This document shows, in pieces, positions 1 to 12,980 of a stretch of 64,000 nucleotides of DNA; the stretch's first letter is position 1; every line of letters begins with the position of its first letter. Source of the DNA: Selaginella moellendorffii (lineage: Eukaryota; Plantae; Lycopodiophyta); assembly GCF_000143415.4 (NCBI RefSeq), contig NW_003314316.1:936669-1000668 (forward strand). The letters are read 5' to 3'. Below the pieces are notes generated by a model, which worked only from the letters and a program-made list of their open reading frames with translations, made no database searches and was not told where the DNA came from. Position numbers and translations under genes: made by a program.

Positions 1-622
1 TCTTCTCCTTGTTCTATCAGATTTCCATAGAAGAATTTCAGGGAGAATCGAGAGAATCGAATGTAGCCACACTTACGTGCATCCATTTGGAGGTGTGATC
101 CAGATCCAGCGCAGTGGAGATGCTGCGCGTGGACGCCCTTGAACTGCGAATGAATCTCGCGCACAGCGCCATAGCCATTTCGCCCAAGAACCCTAGAAAT
201 GGAAAGACCTGAAAGAGAGAAATATTCTGTTAGTTTCACGGAATGTTCTTTAGAAGTATAGGGCAGATTCTGTTAGTCGGTGCGATAATAAGTGGCGGCA
301 TCTTTGTATTCTTTGAATGTTTGCATGGAATTTACAATGTTGTATCGCCACATTGCGGCCTTTCGTCTCAGTCTCTTCATTTCGCCAGATTAGGGTTTCC
401 ACGATCGATCCATCCTTCCAGCGGGAGCTCCTCGTCGCGGCGCATGCCGCCCTCCCTCGCTACTCTCTCGTCGCCATCGCTGGATTGCACGCGATCGCCA
501 TCGTACTCCCGAAATATAGGGTTCGTGGAGGAGAGCGATGGAGCTCGCCGCGGCGATCGGCGCTGCAGCTGAGGAGGAGGATCAAGCGCGAGCGTCGTGA
601 AGAAGCAAAGAAATCTTCCTCG

Positions 623-2066
623 ATGGGGAACGGTCCCAGCAACAGGAGGAATTCTCGCAGCTCTCAGCAGCAGCAGCCGCATCCAAGGGTAGGATCTCCT
701 CCGCATGGCGGCGTCCTGCCGATCGCTGGAAGCTCTGGCCCGGCATCGCTGGGGCCATATTTCTATTCTCCCAGCTACCATGGACCTCTTCCAGCAGCCA
801 TGGGCCCGCAAATCTACCAGCAGGGATTCATGCCCAGCAATGGGCAGTACATGATGAACGTTCCTCCTCCAGGCTATCGTCCCGTGAGTCCGGTGGGAGT
901 TTCTCCTCAAATTCCTGGCAGCGCCACCGCCGCCGCCGCTATCCCAGTCGCCCATCACCAGAAAGCAAACACGATTCGCAACGACGTCAATCTCCGCAAG
1001 GCCACCTTGAGAATCGAGAAGGACGAGGAAAATCCGGGTTTTTATCTCGTAGCTTTCTCGTTCGATGCCACGGTTCCTGGCAAGTAAGTAAAAGCTCTTG
1101 TTCTTTTCTTCTTTAGAAACTTCGTTTTGGTATCACTTTGCTAACTTTGTTTGTGTTTGCTATGCAGTATATGTATTTTTTTTGTGGCCAAGGAAGGTGT
1201 GAATTGCAGCTTGACACCCATGAAGCCGCAAGTGTTTGATCCTGTCAAGGTCCCCTTTGACAAAGGTCTGGGACAAAAATTCCGGCAAGCACCTGGAACA
1301 GGGATAGACTTGTCTCTTTTCGAGGACGAGGACTTAGCTCACGAGGGACAGGACGAAACTTATGCCCTCGTTGTGCGAGCCGAGACTTATTCCAGAGATC
1401 CACCGGCTGATGCTCCATCCCGAGACACCGAGCCGCTGGGTGCTCCTCTGCCAAAATGGGTCCATTCCCAGACGACTCATGCCGTTGTGGAGCGCAAAGA
1501 TGGTGGAGAGTATGGTGTCCGGGTGATCAAGCAGATCATCTGGGTGGAGGGTGTGCGCTACGAGCTCCAGGAGATTTACGGGATCGAGAATAGCGGTGGT
1601 GGCAGCGGGGCCAACTTTGACGACTCGGGAAAAGAATGTGTGATTTGCATGTCTGAGCCCAGGGACACGACAGTTCTTCCTTGCAGACACATGGTAGGCT
1701 GGCTATATACTTCTGGTTTTCATAGCTCTTTTTTTTTTTTTTTTTTTCTTCTTGCAGTGTATGTGTAGCGAGTGCGCCAAAGTGCTGAGGTTCCAGACGA
1801 ACCGCTGCCCGATTTGTAGGTGCCCTGTGGAGCGACTGCTCGAGATCAAGGTTCCAAAGAATGATGCGGAGCAGCAAAGTAAAGAACCGGTTGAATCGAG
1901 CTATAGAACGTCAGCTAGCAAGTCCGAGGAGGACAGTGACGAAAGAGGAGGAGGAGATGCTAGCGCGGAAGTTCCAGCTCCAGCTCCAGCTCCCACAGAG
2001 AACACTTGCGATAGCAGTACCAGAGAAGGAGAAGCCACGTCCAAACCACACGACACAAGATCCTAG
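623..2066 (+). CDS. LOG2: LOG2/LUL-family (Mahogunin-like) RING E3 ubiquitin ligase, 3 exons (~623-1083, 1168-1693, 1758-2066)
   Basis: N-terminal MGN (myristoylation-type) start. DAR2-type region ([13 protein letters not shown]...[28 protein letters not shown]). RING motif [45 protein letters not shown] introns at 1084-1167 and 1694-1757. Confidence 0.93.
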
Positions 2067-2401
2067 TCATGTAAGCCTATGTTGCTTCATTCAAAGTCCG
2101 TTACTATTTCGTTCTGGTTTGAGAGCTGTGATGATACACAGAACACGAACCATCGTTTCATATAAATCTCGGTACATTGCCAGCATTAAAGCTTGTGTCT
2201 CTGGCAGACGAAACGATTCATAGAAACGATTCATACTACTCCACTTAACTTGGGTTTTTCATGTACAAGGGAGGTGGTGACGAGCGACCTTTGCGAAGAG
2301 AACGACGCTCCGCAAGATCACAAAAAATTGCCAGGGAACTTACCTCCATGCAGCCACTCGTTCGATCATCGGCGGACGAAGCCTTCTGGAGATTCATTCG
2401 A

Positions 2402-3696
2402 TCAGCCATCGGAAGTAGAGCTGGAAACCGGAGTAGACTTTGGCCTTCGTCGCTTGCTGGATCCGTCCTGTGACGCCGAGCTACCATTCCTGTGCTTCTT
2501 CCTTTGTTCCCTTTCGTTTCCATCGTCTTTATGCTTTCCATCGTCTCGCTGGTGCTTCCGGCTCTCTTGCTTCTCTAGAGCATCACCACTACCGTGTAGT
2601 TCCGCTGGTGGTGGTGGTGGCGGAGTTCTATCTGGCTCTTCGCAAACCATCTCCGCTCTCTCATTGCTTCCTCTGTGCCGGTCAGCAGACTTTGGAAGGA
2701 AAGGAGACCTCAAACTTACCTCTGGAGAAGCCATCGTTTCCTCGTCAGGAGGACCTCCTGTGCTTGCTACCACTTTCGGATCATCGTCCACTTTCCCTTG
2801 GAGTTCTTCGTTCCCGATCGTCTCATCGCAAGTCACTGGGTCCTTTCGAGGAGAGTCGGGCTTTCTCTCATTGTTCTCCACCTCTTCTTTGTCTTTCAAG
2901 GGAGGACTTTTGCGATCCTCTGGGCTCACAGAACGGTGCCTCCGCCTCTTGCCATCGTCTCTCCTGTGCGGTGGCGACACACTCCTCCGGGACCGCCGGT
3001 GGGACGTAGAAGCCCGCTGGTTATAGTCCCTGTCCCTGGATGGTCTATACGAAGAACGACTGCCCCTGTAGTGATCCTCGCCACCACCTCTATGATACGA
3101 GTACCTTCGATCACTACCGCGGTAGCGACCACTCCTTCCGAAACGCTCGCTTCGGTACCTCACTGGAGAACCCGAGAGTGATCGTCGCCTGTGACGAGGC
3201 GGCGGCGAGTTTCTTCGGTGGTGGTGCCGAGCAGGAGACCGAGACCTCGATCTGGAACTTCTAAACGAATCTGGAGATTGCCTGTGGAAACAAAAAATTT
3301 CTTTCCCCGGTTAGTCCTCGAAGAACAAAGGAAGGAAAAATCGAGAGAGGGAGAGAGAGCTTACTTGGATTTGCTCGCAGCTGCGGCTTTCTCCTCCTCA
3401 TCGCCAGCGCTAGGGTCGTCGGATTTGAGCTGCTTGCTGATCAATGCCGCTCGAGCAACCGCAAGGTCCGAGGCTACCTTGAGATTGGCGGCGCGGACGG
3501 CGGCTTGCTGCGATGCCATCATCTGCTGGACCATGAGCGCCTGCTGGAATTGGAACTGCTGCTTGGCGATGGCCTGGACCGCGGCCGCCGACGGCGAGGG
3601 CTGCTGCTGCGCGCTCATGGCGGCATTCATCGACGCGGTCGCCTGCATCAATCGCAGCACCTCGCTGCTAAGATCCACATTCTGATTGGCCGCCAT
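2402..3696 (-). CDS. Q/A-rich helix plus Arg/Ser-rich protein, probably splicing-related; 2 exons (3696-3365, 3281-2402)
   Basis: A GT-AG intron at 3364-3282 joins MAANQNVDLS...ASDLAVARAALISKQLK in frame to an RS/RD-rich C-terminus (SRSRSPARHHHRR..., RSRRSVSP). Confidence 0.75.
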
Positions 3697-3932
3697 AGCC
3701 AGCGCGCGATTCTACCTAGAGCTCTCCCCACCTCACTGTCGCCTGGATTGCGCCATGGAGGAAACCCTAGCAAGGAAAGAACCCTAACTCCTAGTTTGTA
3801 GCTAACAAAGGCGTTTAGCAACAAACGATTAATTAAGGTTTTGATTGATTTCAAGACAAATTAGTACTTATTTAGCTTTAACTCTAATTACTTAGATTTC
3901 TTGGCGTGAAAACTTCCGGAGTTCTTGAAAGA

Positions 3933-5123
3933 ATGTATCACCCCGAGCCATCCAGGTACCAAAAGCTCGAGAGTTTTATCTCTTTCTCCGCGAGCTCGCT
4001 CAAGATTCGTCGCGTTTTTCCAGAGTCCAGGAGGTGAATAGAGCTGACGGCGATGCGCTCAAGCCGCCATCGCATGCTGTACCGAGTGCTGGAGTGGATC
4101 TCGAAGTTTTCGGCAAGGCCGCCACTGGAACTGGGAATCCTAGCACACAGCGAGGCGATTGTAAGCTCTTCGATTTTGATACTTAGTTCTCGATCGTTTT
4201 TGATGGATTCCAGGCCCCTTCTCGCAGCGAATCTACATGGAGTTGGAAGGTAAGCATCGAAGGAGAAGAGATATAAACAGGCTTGGTTTTTCTTCTTCTT
4301 ACCAGAGAAGAGGCTGCCTTACAAAGCCACGTACATTCAAGAAGGTCCTGACAAGCCTGCATGGTACACTAGAATTTGCAGCTTCACCTTGTTTAGTTAG
4401 ATCGTCGTGGCCAACAGGTTCATGGAGAAGAACCCCTCGGGTCTTATGCCTGTTTTGCGAGATGGCTCCGAATGGATCCAAGACTCGGAGAGGATCTTCG
4501 AGCACTTGGAGGCCAAGTTTCCAAATCCTGCTCTAAAGACTCCGGACGAGTTTAAAGACGTGTAAGTTCGACTGCCACAATGATACATTCTCACCGCATA
4601 TTTTCTCTTCTCGCAGAGGATCGGGAATCTTTCCTACGTTCGTCGAGTGGCTCAAGTCCAAAGACCAAGCTCATCCAGCCAAACAGGATCTGATAAAAGA
4701 ACTCCTATCGTTTAATCAGCACCTGCAAAAGCATGTAAGTAGTAAGTTGATGAAATCAAATCTTTTGGGAACACTTACATGGATCGAGTGGTGAAAGGGT
4801 CCATACATTGCTGGAGAAAAGCCAACAGACTCGGATTTCACTGTAGCACCGAAGCTCCGACACGCTCGAGTAGCACTGGGCCAGATTATGGGATTCGCTT
4901 TCCCTGAAAAGCTTGAAGCACTTCACAAGTATATAGAGGTTTGTAGAACTTTTCACCAGGAAAAACTCACGGGACTTGCAAGCTTTAACTGGATTGGTTC
5001 GATCAATCTTCACAGCTTATGGAAGCTCGTTCAAGCTTTATCCACACGGACTCTCCCGACGAGATGATAATCTGCGGGTGGAGGAAAAAGTTCAGCTTAC
5101 CTGAGAAACTAGATTACGAATAA
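3933..5123 (+). CDS. DHAR: Dehydroascorbate reductase (GST superfamily), ~7 exons
   Basis: Spliced translation gives LEVFGKAATG...GD-CPFSQRIYMELEEK-LPYK...NPSGLMPVLRDG.EWIQDS...PNPALKTPDEF..VGSGIFPTF..WLKSKD...GPYIAGEK..D...APKL. The active-site CPFS motif spans an intron. Confidence 0.92.
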
Positions 5124-5322
5124 TGTTGGACTAGCTGAATGTTAGTGAAGCTCTTTCTTTTCGTTCTTAGAAGAAAAGCGTCAAAGAATCGAAACTGAGA
5201 CACTTGCGCTATGAAGACAAAAATCAAAATATGAGAAAAAAATCAGCTTGCCTGAGAAAATCGATTACGTATGTATACAAGTCGCGATGATGCTGGAAGA
5301 GTACATGGTAAGTTAAGAAACT

Positions 5323-6325
5323 TCAGAGAATCTCTTTCCTTATTTTTAGTTGAACGGAGATCATTCCGGGTCGTGGCTCCGTGTATCTGTAGCTGTGAGA
5401 TGAGAAAAGGTGTGAAAAGATACAAAGAGCTGGTGTGGTGCGAGGGTGATACTTGTTAGTGATGAGAAAGTTGGTCACGGCAGTGGGAATCGCAGGCCCA
5501 TCGCGACTGTGCGATCCAGTTCCTGGAAAAGAGAGAGAGAACCAAAAAGAAAGATCAATGGATGCAAGAGAACGAACAAGCTATTAGAAAGAAGTAACTT
5601 ACCTGTGATGACTGTGAGATGGCTCCTGTGTAAGGAGGAAGAGATTTGATCCTCGAGCTCCGCTAGCCTTTGCTGGAGAACAGCCACTGCCTCGCGAACA
5701 TGGAGCCCGTGCAAATCGATCGTCCCTGCCGGAAGCGCGGCCTCCTGGTTCCGGAGTTTCATGATCTCCGCGGCGGCCTCCAAGTTGAGCTTCTCTGCGA
5801 GCGCGCGTTCTTGCCGGCTCTGCCGTGACAGCTCCTTGGCCCTGTGATGATCGCCGCGCTGGAATGCAGTGGCGGCGGATCGCGCGTGCCGGCTCATCAG
5901 CCTGCTCGATCCAATCCAAGAACACATCAAAATATTTCGAGTCGATCGATCCAGAATCTAGAAGCGGCATCGCTCTACCTTGACGCTTTGATCGCATCCT
6001 TGCGAAGCTGGTGATAAGAATCGCCGCTGCTCGACGCCATAGCCAAATCGCTGGTGGAGCTGGAGGAGCTTGCAGCCGCGCCCTGCGAATCTCCCACCGC
6101 GAGCTCTTCCTCGCGCAATGGCGCGGATTCTCCATCGCTGCCGCGATTGAAAGGATCCACAGCGCTGGCGTAGCTCGCTGGAATCTCCTCTGCTTGGCTC
6201 GCCCTAGAATGTGCCGTACCTAATGGCGGGAATGGATCAATGGCAGCCTGGTCGATGCCCATACCGTACATCGTTTTCGTGTAAGAAGACCATCCTTGTG
6301 GTCGATGGTGCCCATCATCGGCCAT
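5323..6325 (-). CDS. DUF1771 + Smr (small MutS-related) domain protein, ~4 exons
   Basis: SAATAFQRGDHHRAKELS (DUF1771-like), IDLHGLHVREAV, LTVITG|..G.HS.G, final exon EPRPGMISVQL; GT-AG introns. Confidence 0.85.
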
Positions 6326-6388
6326 AGCCAAATTACTCTGTTTCTAGGGCTTTTTTTCTTTTGCCCTAGATTATCGAGCGCGATCGTC

Positions 6389-8155
6389 ATGGCTTCCTTC
6401 GGCGCACTCCAGGAGGAGGTTTTCGCTCGCCAGCAACGAAAGCAGTGAGCTCGATCTTATCTTGCTTGTTTCCTTGATCTATTCCGGCATTCTTTGTTCT
6501 AGGCACTTCGATTCATACATCAAGGGATTGAATGCTTACGAGCGGCACAAGAAGTTCATGCGCGATTATGGTATGTTCTTGGGAATTTTTTTCCTTGCTC
6601 GTGCTAGAGTCCCTCGATTGTTTTCTTCCTTCGTATAGTGATGTGCTTGTGATTTAAGTTTCGATAGAGATTATGATATGTTCTTGAGATTTCTTTTTTC
6701 CTTTCTCGTGCTAGAATGTCTCGATTTTTTTCTTCCTTTGTAGATGTGCTTGTGATATAAATTTCGATAGAGCTATACTTGCGAATGTTTTTCAATGTGA
6801 GAACTATGGTTGCGCTGGCTCTTCTCGTGAAGTTTTACGAGAGAGTTAGATGAGAGATACTTTAGAAAGAGCTCCTGAGCTGTGAGCTCTTGTTGTTCTT
6901 CTCATCTCAACACTTGGTCACTGGAGTTGGAACAACGCTCGCCAATATTGTTTTGGCAGAGGGCTACACATCTCCGAAAATTCTGTTCATATCAATTTTT
7001 CTTAGTGTTTAATTCTCTTGCTTTTGCAAAACAGTTCACCATTATGGAGCTCCATCGCAGCAGCCCATCCGGCCGATAAAAACCGATGCAGACACTTTGC
7101 GAGAAACTTACAGGTCTCTTCACATTTTTCTTTTCAGTGCAGGTATCAGAACTCACTGTTGCTTGCTTCCATGGCCTGTAGATTCATACGCTCGGAAGAA
7201 GACGATTCGGAAAGAAGCTGGGAGCAGCGGCTTGCTAAACGCTACTATGACAAGCTTTTCAAAGAGTATGTTTGCTGAATGCGTTTTCGCTGGCTAATCG
7301 TGACCATTGCCTTAGATATTGTTTAGCAGACATGTCCCGCTACAAAGAAAGCAAGGTTTGTTTTACTTCTCTTGCCAAGCAAAAAAAATAACACAGCTCT
7401 ACAATCACAGGTGGGCTTGAGGTGGCGGACTGAGAAAGAAGTCATCGCTGGGAAAGGTAAGCAAACATTCGAAGTAGAACCTTGTTTAGCTAATATCTTC
7501 ATTTTGTACTATCCAGGCCAGTTTATCTGTGGAAACAAGGATTGCAATGCTAAAGAGGAGCTTTGCAGCTATGAGGCACGTCTAGCTCACCTTTTGGAGA
7601 CCTTTAGGTAGCAGCCTTCTTGGGATTTGTCATTGTGCTTGATCCGATCACACTTTGCTGTTGGTTTTCTGGTCCTCTAGTTTTCTGGATATCGACCATT
7701 TGTTTGGCAGGTGAATTTTGTCTACAAGGAGGCTGGTGAAAGCAAGCAAGCACTGGTAAAATTGCGTCTCTGTCCGGGGTAAGATAAGATGGTTTTTAAT
7801 CTTTTGATACCAGCTAAAGAGTGCATTTCGTGTGCTCAGCTGTGCGTACAAGCTTAACTACAAAAAGGAGAAGGAGAAGAAGCGGCAGATGAGAAAGGAG
7901 CAGAAAGAAGAAACCAAGAAGAAAAGAAGGTGAGAAGCTCGCTCTTCAATAGCTAGTCATTAAGATACATTGTCCTTGCAGAGTTTCAGAAGAGGAAGAC
8001 ACTCCCGGAAGAGCTCCTCGCGGCGATGATCAAAACGTTGCTCAAGGTACGCACGAGTTCTTTCTATTTTTCCAATCCCCCATCCTCGCACAGGCCCATC
8101 CGAGGAGCGAGACAAAGACGAGTACGCCGAGTACTTCAAAGGCATGTTTTCATAG
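6389..8155 (+). CDS. FRA10AC1: FRA10AC1 homologue (folate-sensitive fragile site protein / spliceosome-associated), multi-exon
   Basis: GLNAYERHKKFMRDY, WEQRLAKRYYDKLFKEY, DMSRYKE, GLRWRTEKEVIAGKG-QFICGNKDC, SYE-VNFVYKE, ALVKLRLC..CAYKLNY, and C-terminal EYFKGMF. Confidence 0.92.
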
Positions 8156-8256
8156 AAACTGGTTAACTGACTATTGTTTTTGCATCACTGTACACTTGGA
8201 AGAAGAAAGAACCACCAAAATTGGGTGGAAGAACAAGAAAAAAGAAGCTCCCGACT

Positions 8257-11200
8257 CTAGCAAAGTTCCGGCTCCTGCGTCACGCAAATCCCCCGCGAGC
8301 TTATACCCCACGAGTTCATGTCTTCCAATCCTTTGCTTCCATCTTCCTCGGCCAGAAGCGTCGCAACGCTCGTCCCCCAGCTCCTCCTCGTCGATCCATA
8401 GTTTTGTATACTCTCCTCCACCTTTGCTATCCTCTCCTGGATCTTCCTCCCGTGGACCAGGCACTCGTCGGCTTCTTCCCTCACGGCCATCTCCAAAGAC
8501 TTGGAATCCGACGTCGACAGCCTCAGGTTCGTCTTCTTCACTTCCCTCGCCTTGACCACTTCCGAGGATGGCAGGAACTCGAGCGAGCCGTGGAGGATGG
8601 TGGACGCTGCTCGCTTGCACGAGTCGCACGCAAAGTGTGGACGCCGCACGGGGCTGCTGGATTCCTTGGACTTGGTGATGCTGGATTGCCTCTCGGAGTT
8701 GTCCTTCTTGAACGACGCTAGCACCCGGAACACTTTGACGAGCTCCGCCCCGAGCGCTCCGCATTTCCTCTCCGCGACCGAGGCGCCCTCCAGCGCCGAC
8801 TGAGCGCTGACGCTTACGTGCTCCACTTTCGTGTCGAGCATCCTGTTCGAAGAGCTTGTGAGATTCTTGCAAAGAAATAGAGAAGATTGTTCTTTCTCGT
8901 ACCTGATGTTTGCGTACGTCGCTGAAGCTACGTGTTCTAGATGGCTTTCCAAGCTTGTGACTCTCGTATCCAGCCGGAGTTCTTCGTTCTCCAGCCTTCT
9001 CTTGGTCGTGCTCGAGAGCTTTCCTTTCACTTGCGACTTCGCCACCTTTTCCTTCTCCACAGGCGCAGCGCTCTTGCTTCTACTCGACTGCTCCAGCGCG
9101 TCCATCCTCTTCTCCAAGTCCGTCAAGAGCTTCGCGGTTTCGTGCGTCCGGTCGCTGTCCATATGATCACTGCTGGTGTTCTCGGCCAGAGTTTTCCTCA
9201 TGCCCGCCATCTCGTCCAGCAAGTCGCGAGCCTCGGACGAAACCGAGGACGCCTTGGCAGCAAACTCGGCAGCCATGCTCCTCTGCCTATCAACTTCACA
9301 CACGGCGTCCCTGAGCCGCTCCTGGAGCTCCTCGGCTCTTCGCTTGGCCTCTGCGGCTGCCTCAACCGCCGACTCGGTCTCTCTCGTCATGTCGATGCTG
9401 GTTCTCCTAAGCTCGCACGCCGCCGCCGAGAACGAGTCCCTCTCCATCGCCAGGCTCTCCTGGAGTCTCCCAGTCCGCCTGTATCTGCTGCTCGTGAGTG
9501 AATCGTCGGAGTGCTTCAAAACTTCCGAGAGAGCTTCCTCGGCCTTGATCGCTGCTGCTGCTGCGTCCGACGCTGCTGCCGATGCTAAACGTTTCTCCTT
9601 CTCGGCGATCGCCACCGCGTCCTCGAGCATATATCTGTGCGTGTCCTGCTTCCTTTCCATGCTCGATAGCCTCGACTCCAAGTCGTCGATCATGATGTCC
9701 CTGGAAGTGTTCCGGCTTGCGGCGGGAGAATCTATCGAGCGTCGCCTCACTTCTTTCAGCTGCTGCTCGATCGCCTCGATCTTGTCCTGGCACTTCATGT
9801 CGAGGTTGAACAGCGCCATCCTCGACTCCTCCAGCCCGGCCATATGCATGAGCTCCTGTTTGCTCTCCAAGTGAGCCATCCTTGACTCAACCTCCTCGAA
9901 ACTCGCGGCTCCTCTGGAAGAAGATCTAGAGCACGGAACGCTCTCCTGCCTCTGCTTGAATTCCCTCAGCTGGTCCTCCAGTTCCTCCACCTTGTCCTGG
10001 CACTTGATCTTGACGTTCAACACGTCCATTCTCACCTCGTCCAGGCCGCCGAGGTAGAGCTTGGACAGATTCTCGACTCGGTCCATGATCAGCATCTTCT
10101 CCTGCGAGGCCTCGTCCCGGATCCTGTCAGCCGATCTTCTCATGCTCCCCCTGTCGACTTTGAACGTCTCCTCCAGGCCTTTCAAGCCTTGGAAGTCGAT
10201 TTTCATCTGCATGGCTTCGTCCTTGAGCTTGCCGAGGACGTGCTTTAGCTCGTCCATGTCCGACTCACATCCTTTTCGAAACTCGTCCGCCTCCACTCTT
10301 GCCTGAAGTCCCTCCTTCTTCATGCTCTGGAGCTGTTTCCTCAAGTAGCCATTCTCGGTCCTGATGTTTATCTGCTCCGTGCTGATGGTTTCCCTGTCGT
10401 TCTCCACGATTTGAGCGATCTGCTCAAAGTGACTCTCGAGCTCCACCCTTCCTCTCGAAAGTAGCTCCACCTCCGCCTTGAGAAGACGGAGCTCGTCTTT
10501 CAAAGGCTTCTCTTTCGTCTCCGTCCTGTCAGAGAGACACTTCTCCACCGTCTCCTTGATCACATTTTCCATCCAGTGCCTGTCACCTTTCTTCGAAATC
10601 TCCACTCTTAGCCCGTCCATGTCCTTCACTATACTCTCCTCAAGAGCATCCACCGAATTCACCAGCTTGTGCGAGAAGTTCTCGCGCTTCTTGGCTTCCT
10701 CCTGTACGTTCCGCCGAAGAACCACAAGATCGCCTTCGGTCTCATCCCTCAAAAACTCTATCTCTTTCTCCAACGCATTAACTCGTCCCCGCCATCTTTT
10801 CCCTTCTTCCTCGAGACGTATTCTAAAACCATCTAGCGAGCCTCGGAGATCTCTAACAATCTTGACGTTCCCATTCTTGCTCTCATCGTAAAGAACAGTG
10901 CGACTCTCTGAAGTGTCAGCACCATCGTATGACAACGAGAGTGACTTGTCATCCGAAACCTTCCCTGGAGGAGCTCGAGCGTCCAGCTTCTGGCTTTTCT
11001 CATACACGAAGTTGTCCCAGACTCTATCTTCTCTTGTATTCCCTGATCCTCTGTCCAAAAAACCTCTTTTCAACCCCGAGTTCCTGCGGCTTCTTTGCAA
11101 GACTGGCTCGGACTCCTCTGTCCTGCTTCTGTAGTACTCGTCAGTATCATCTAAGAGCTTGTGACGATCACGGCGTGCGCTGCCGATATCGTCGTAACTC

Positions 11201-12319
11201 TTTCGGAGATCAAACTGGCCGGATCTTTCTTTCCTCTGATCCGCGGCATCACTGAAGAGTTTATCCGACTTCCCTGGATCCAATCCCACGTTAAAAGGCA
11301 ACAAAACTTGAATGGAAGAGTGAAGTACCTGTCGGCAAAGAACGCGTCGAGTCCCGGACTCCAGAAGCTGGAAGCCTCGCAGGAGGAGCAGTCCCAGACT
11401 CACTGCTCTCAACCGTTCTTCGATTTTTCTGAAGAGCACTCGGTAGTTTCTTTGGCAAGTAGTAAACCGGCGGCTTCTCGTCAGCAAACGTGTAGACATC
11501 GTGTAGCTTCGCCTCCCAATCCTTCAAGGCCGTTCCCTTGGGCCTCTTCCTGAGTTTCGAAACATCCACGGTGGCCTCAGTCTCCTCGAACTCTAGCTTA
11601 CCACCATTTTCACCTGGTGGCGATGGTGGCGAGTGATCAGTCTTCTTCTTTGGAGAGCCAGGCCTCCTCTTCCCCGGCGACTCTGCCCGCTTCGCAGCGT
11701 TGGTTTGCTTCGAAGCTTGCTGCTGAGGCTTGAGCAGTGGTGTCTCTCGAGGCGACTTAACTGGCCGCGAGAGTTTCTTCTCCACCGTGGTTGCTGCCTT
11801 GGGCCGGCTCGGAGCTCTCGACGAGGACGACAACTTTCTCGGAGAGCCAGGCCGGGATTTCTTCGGAGAAGAACCAGCGAGCTTTTTCGGAGATCCAGCC
11901 TTCTTGGTCGGAGAAGCCGCTCGCTTTGGAGACGCTGCTTTCTTCGTAGGCGATGTCGACGATGATACAGCCTTCTTCTTCTGTGACTGTGACTGCGACT
12001 TCCCAGATTTCTCTCCAACGCCCTCCAAGAGCTCCTGGATTCTTCGCCGTGCCTCTACCAATCCAACATGGAGCTCTCTCACCGCCTTGTCACCACGTCT
12101 CTCGCAGTACTCCTTGTGTGCCGGCAAAGCGCACGCTACCAGAGCCTCAAACCTTCTCAAATGCTGGAGCTCCTCCTCGCTGCCACCGCTGCTCTCGGGA
12201 GAATTTGGCTGGAGCCGAGCTAGCGTCGCCTTTTTCAGGCACAATCTCGCGCTGCGGATGTAGAAGCTGAGCGGCAGACCACCGGACGAAGATCTCTGGC
12301 CCTGCTGATCCACCTCCAT
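8257..12319 (-). CDS. Large (~1300 aa) orphan protein: N-terminal helical domain, SPKK-rich basic region, long coiled coil
   Basis: ORFs 12319-11291 and 11499-8257 join in frame through a GT-AG intron at 11328-11274 (PTG|KSDKLF). A probable second, in-frame 60-nt intron lies at 8902-8843. The central part is heptad-rich E/K/R/L sequence. Confidence 0.75.
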
Positions 12320-12737
12320 TCGCGCCTAAGAGGATAGCTCCATCAATCCGCGACTACTCACCAAGAACTTACCTCGATCACATCCTTCAACGAGCTGGAT
12401 CAAACCCTAGACAGGCCCTGCCGATCTCCATGCGCGAGAATCCGGAGCTCCTAGTGTAGTGATGGCCAAGGAGTAGTCGAAAAGAATCCAGCTCCCGAGC
12501 TCCATCGCCCTGCCACATTGCTTCTTGACCGTTTGTAGGGTTCCAGTTAGTTACAATAGAATCTTTTGAATTTATTTTAGAATCTTCTGGTAATAAAATT
12601 TACATTGATATTATGTGTTCTTAAATGAGCTTCTTCATTTACTTCTCGTGCAATCTGGTAAGAACGGAAGAACCCTAATTCTTGTCCCAAGAACCCTAAA
12701 CCCACCCGCGCCGAGAATATCCTTTAAGACGATTTTT

Positions 12738-12980
12738 GGTTTACCTAAAAGAAAAATCAAAGGGAATTAAGGTATATTTAAAATATGCTTGATTATTTTA
12801 GAATACTTTACCAAGGGTCCCTTAACTCACTATACTATTATTCATTAAGATTAATTTGTATTATAAATTAAAATATGAAACCCTCAAATTCCTTAATCTT
12901 GATTTATAAATTATAAACATATTGATCAATTAGATTATTTTAAAATACTAAATAAAAATAACACTACTATTAAGCAAACT
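12738..12980. mobile_element. Degenerate MITE, inverted homologue of the MITE at 43216-43539
   Basis: Ends GGTTTACCTA...TAAGCAAACT. Internal blocks (aatatgcttgattattttagaatactttacca; tataaattataaacat; ttgatcaattagatta) match the reverse complement of 43216-43539. Confidence 0.55.

Noticed and set aside
5323-6325. Stand-alone Smr gene as the split-off C-terminus of MutS2
   Set aside because: It has the DUF1771-Smr architecture of a separate eukaryotic family and lies 21 kb away with no transit peptide.
8171-12270. Numerous long antisense/alternate-frame ORFs over GC-rich genes (also at 0.3-3.8, 21.3-22.1, 23.9-24.6, 31.1-31.8 kb)
   Set aside because: Shadow ORFs expected from GC-rich codon usage; no recognisable motifs.
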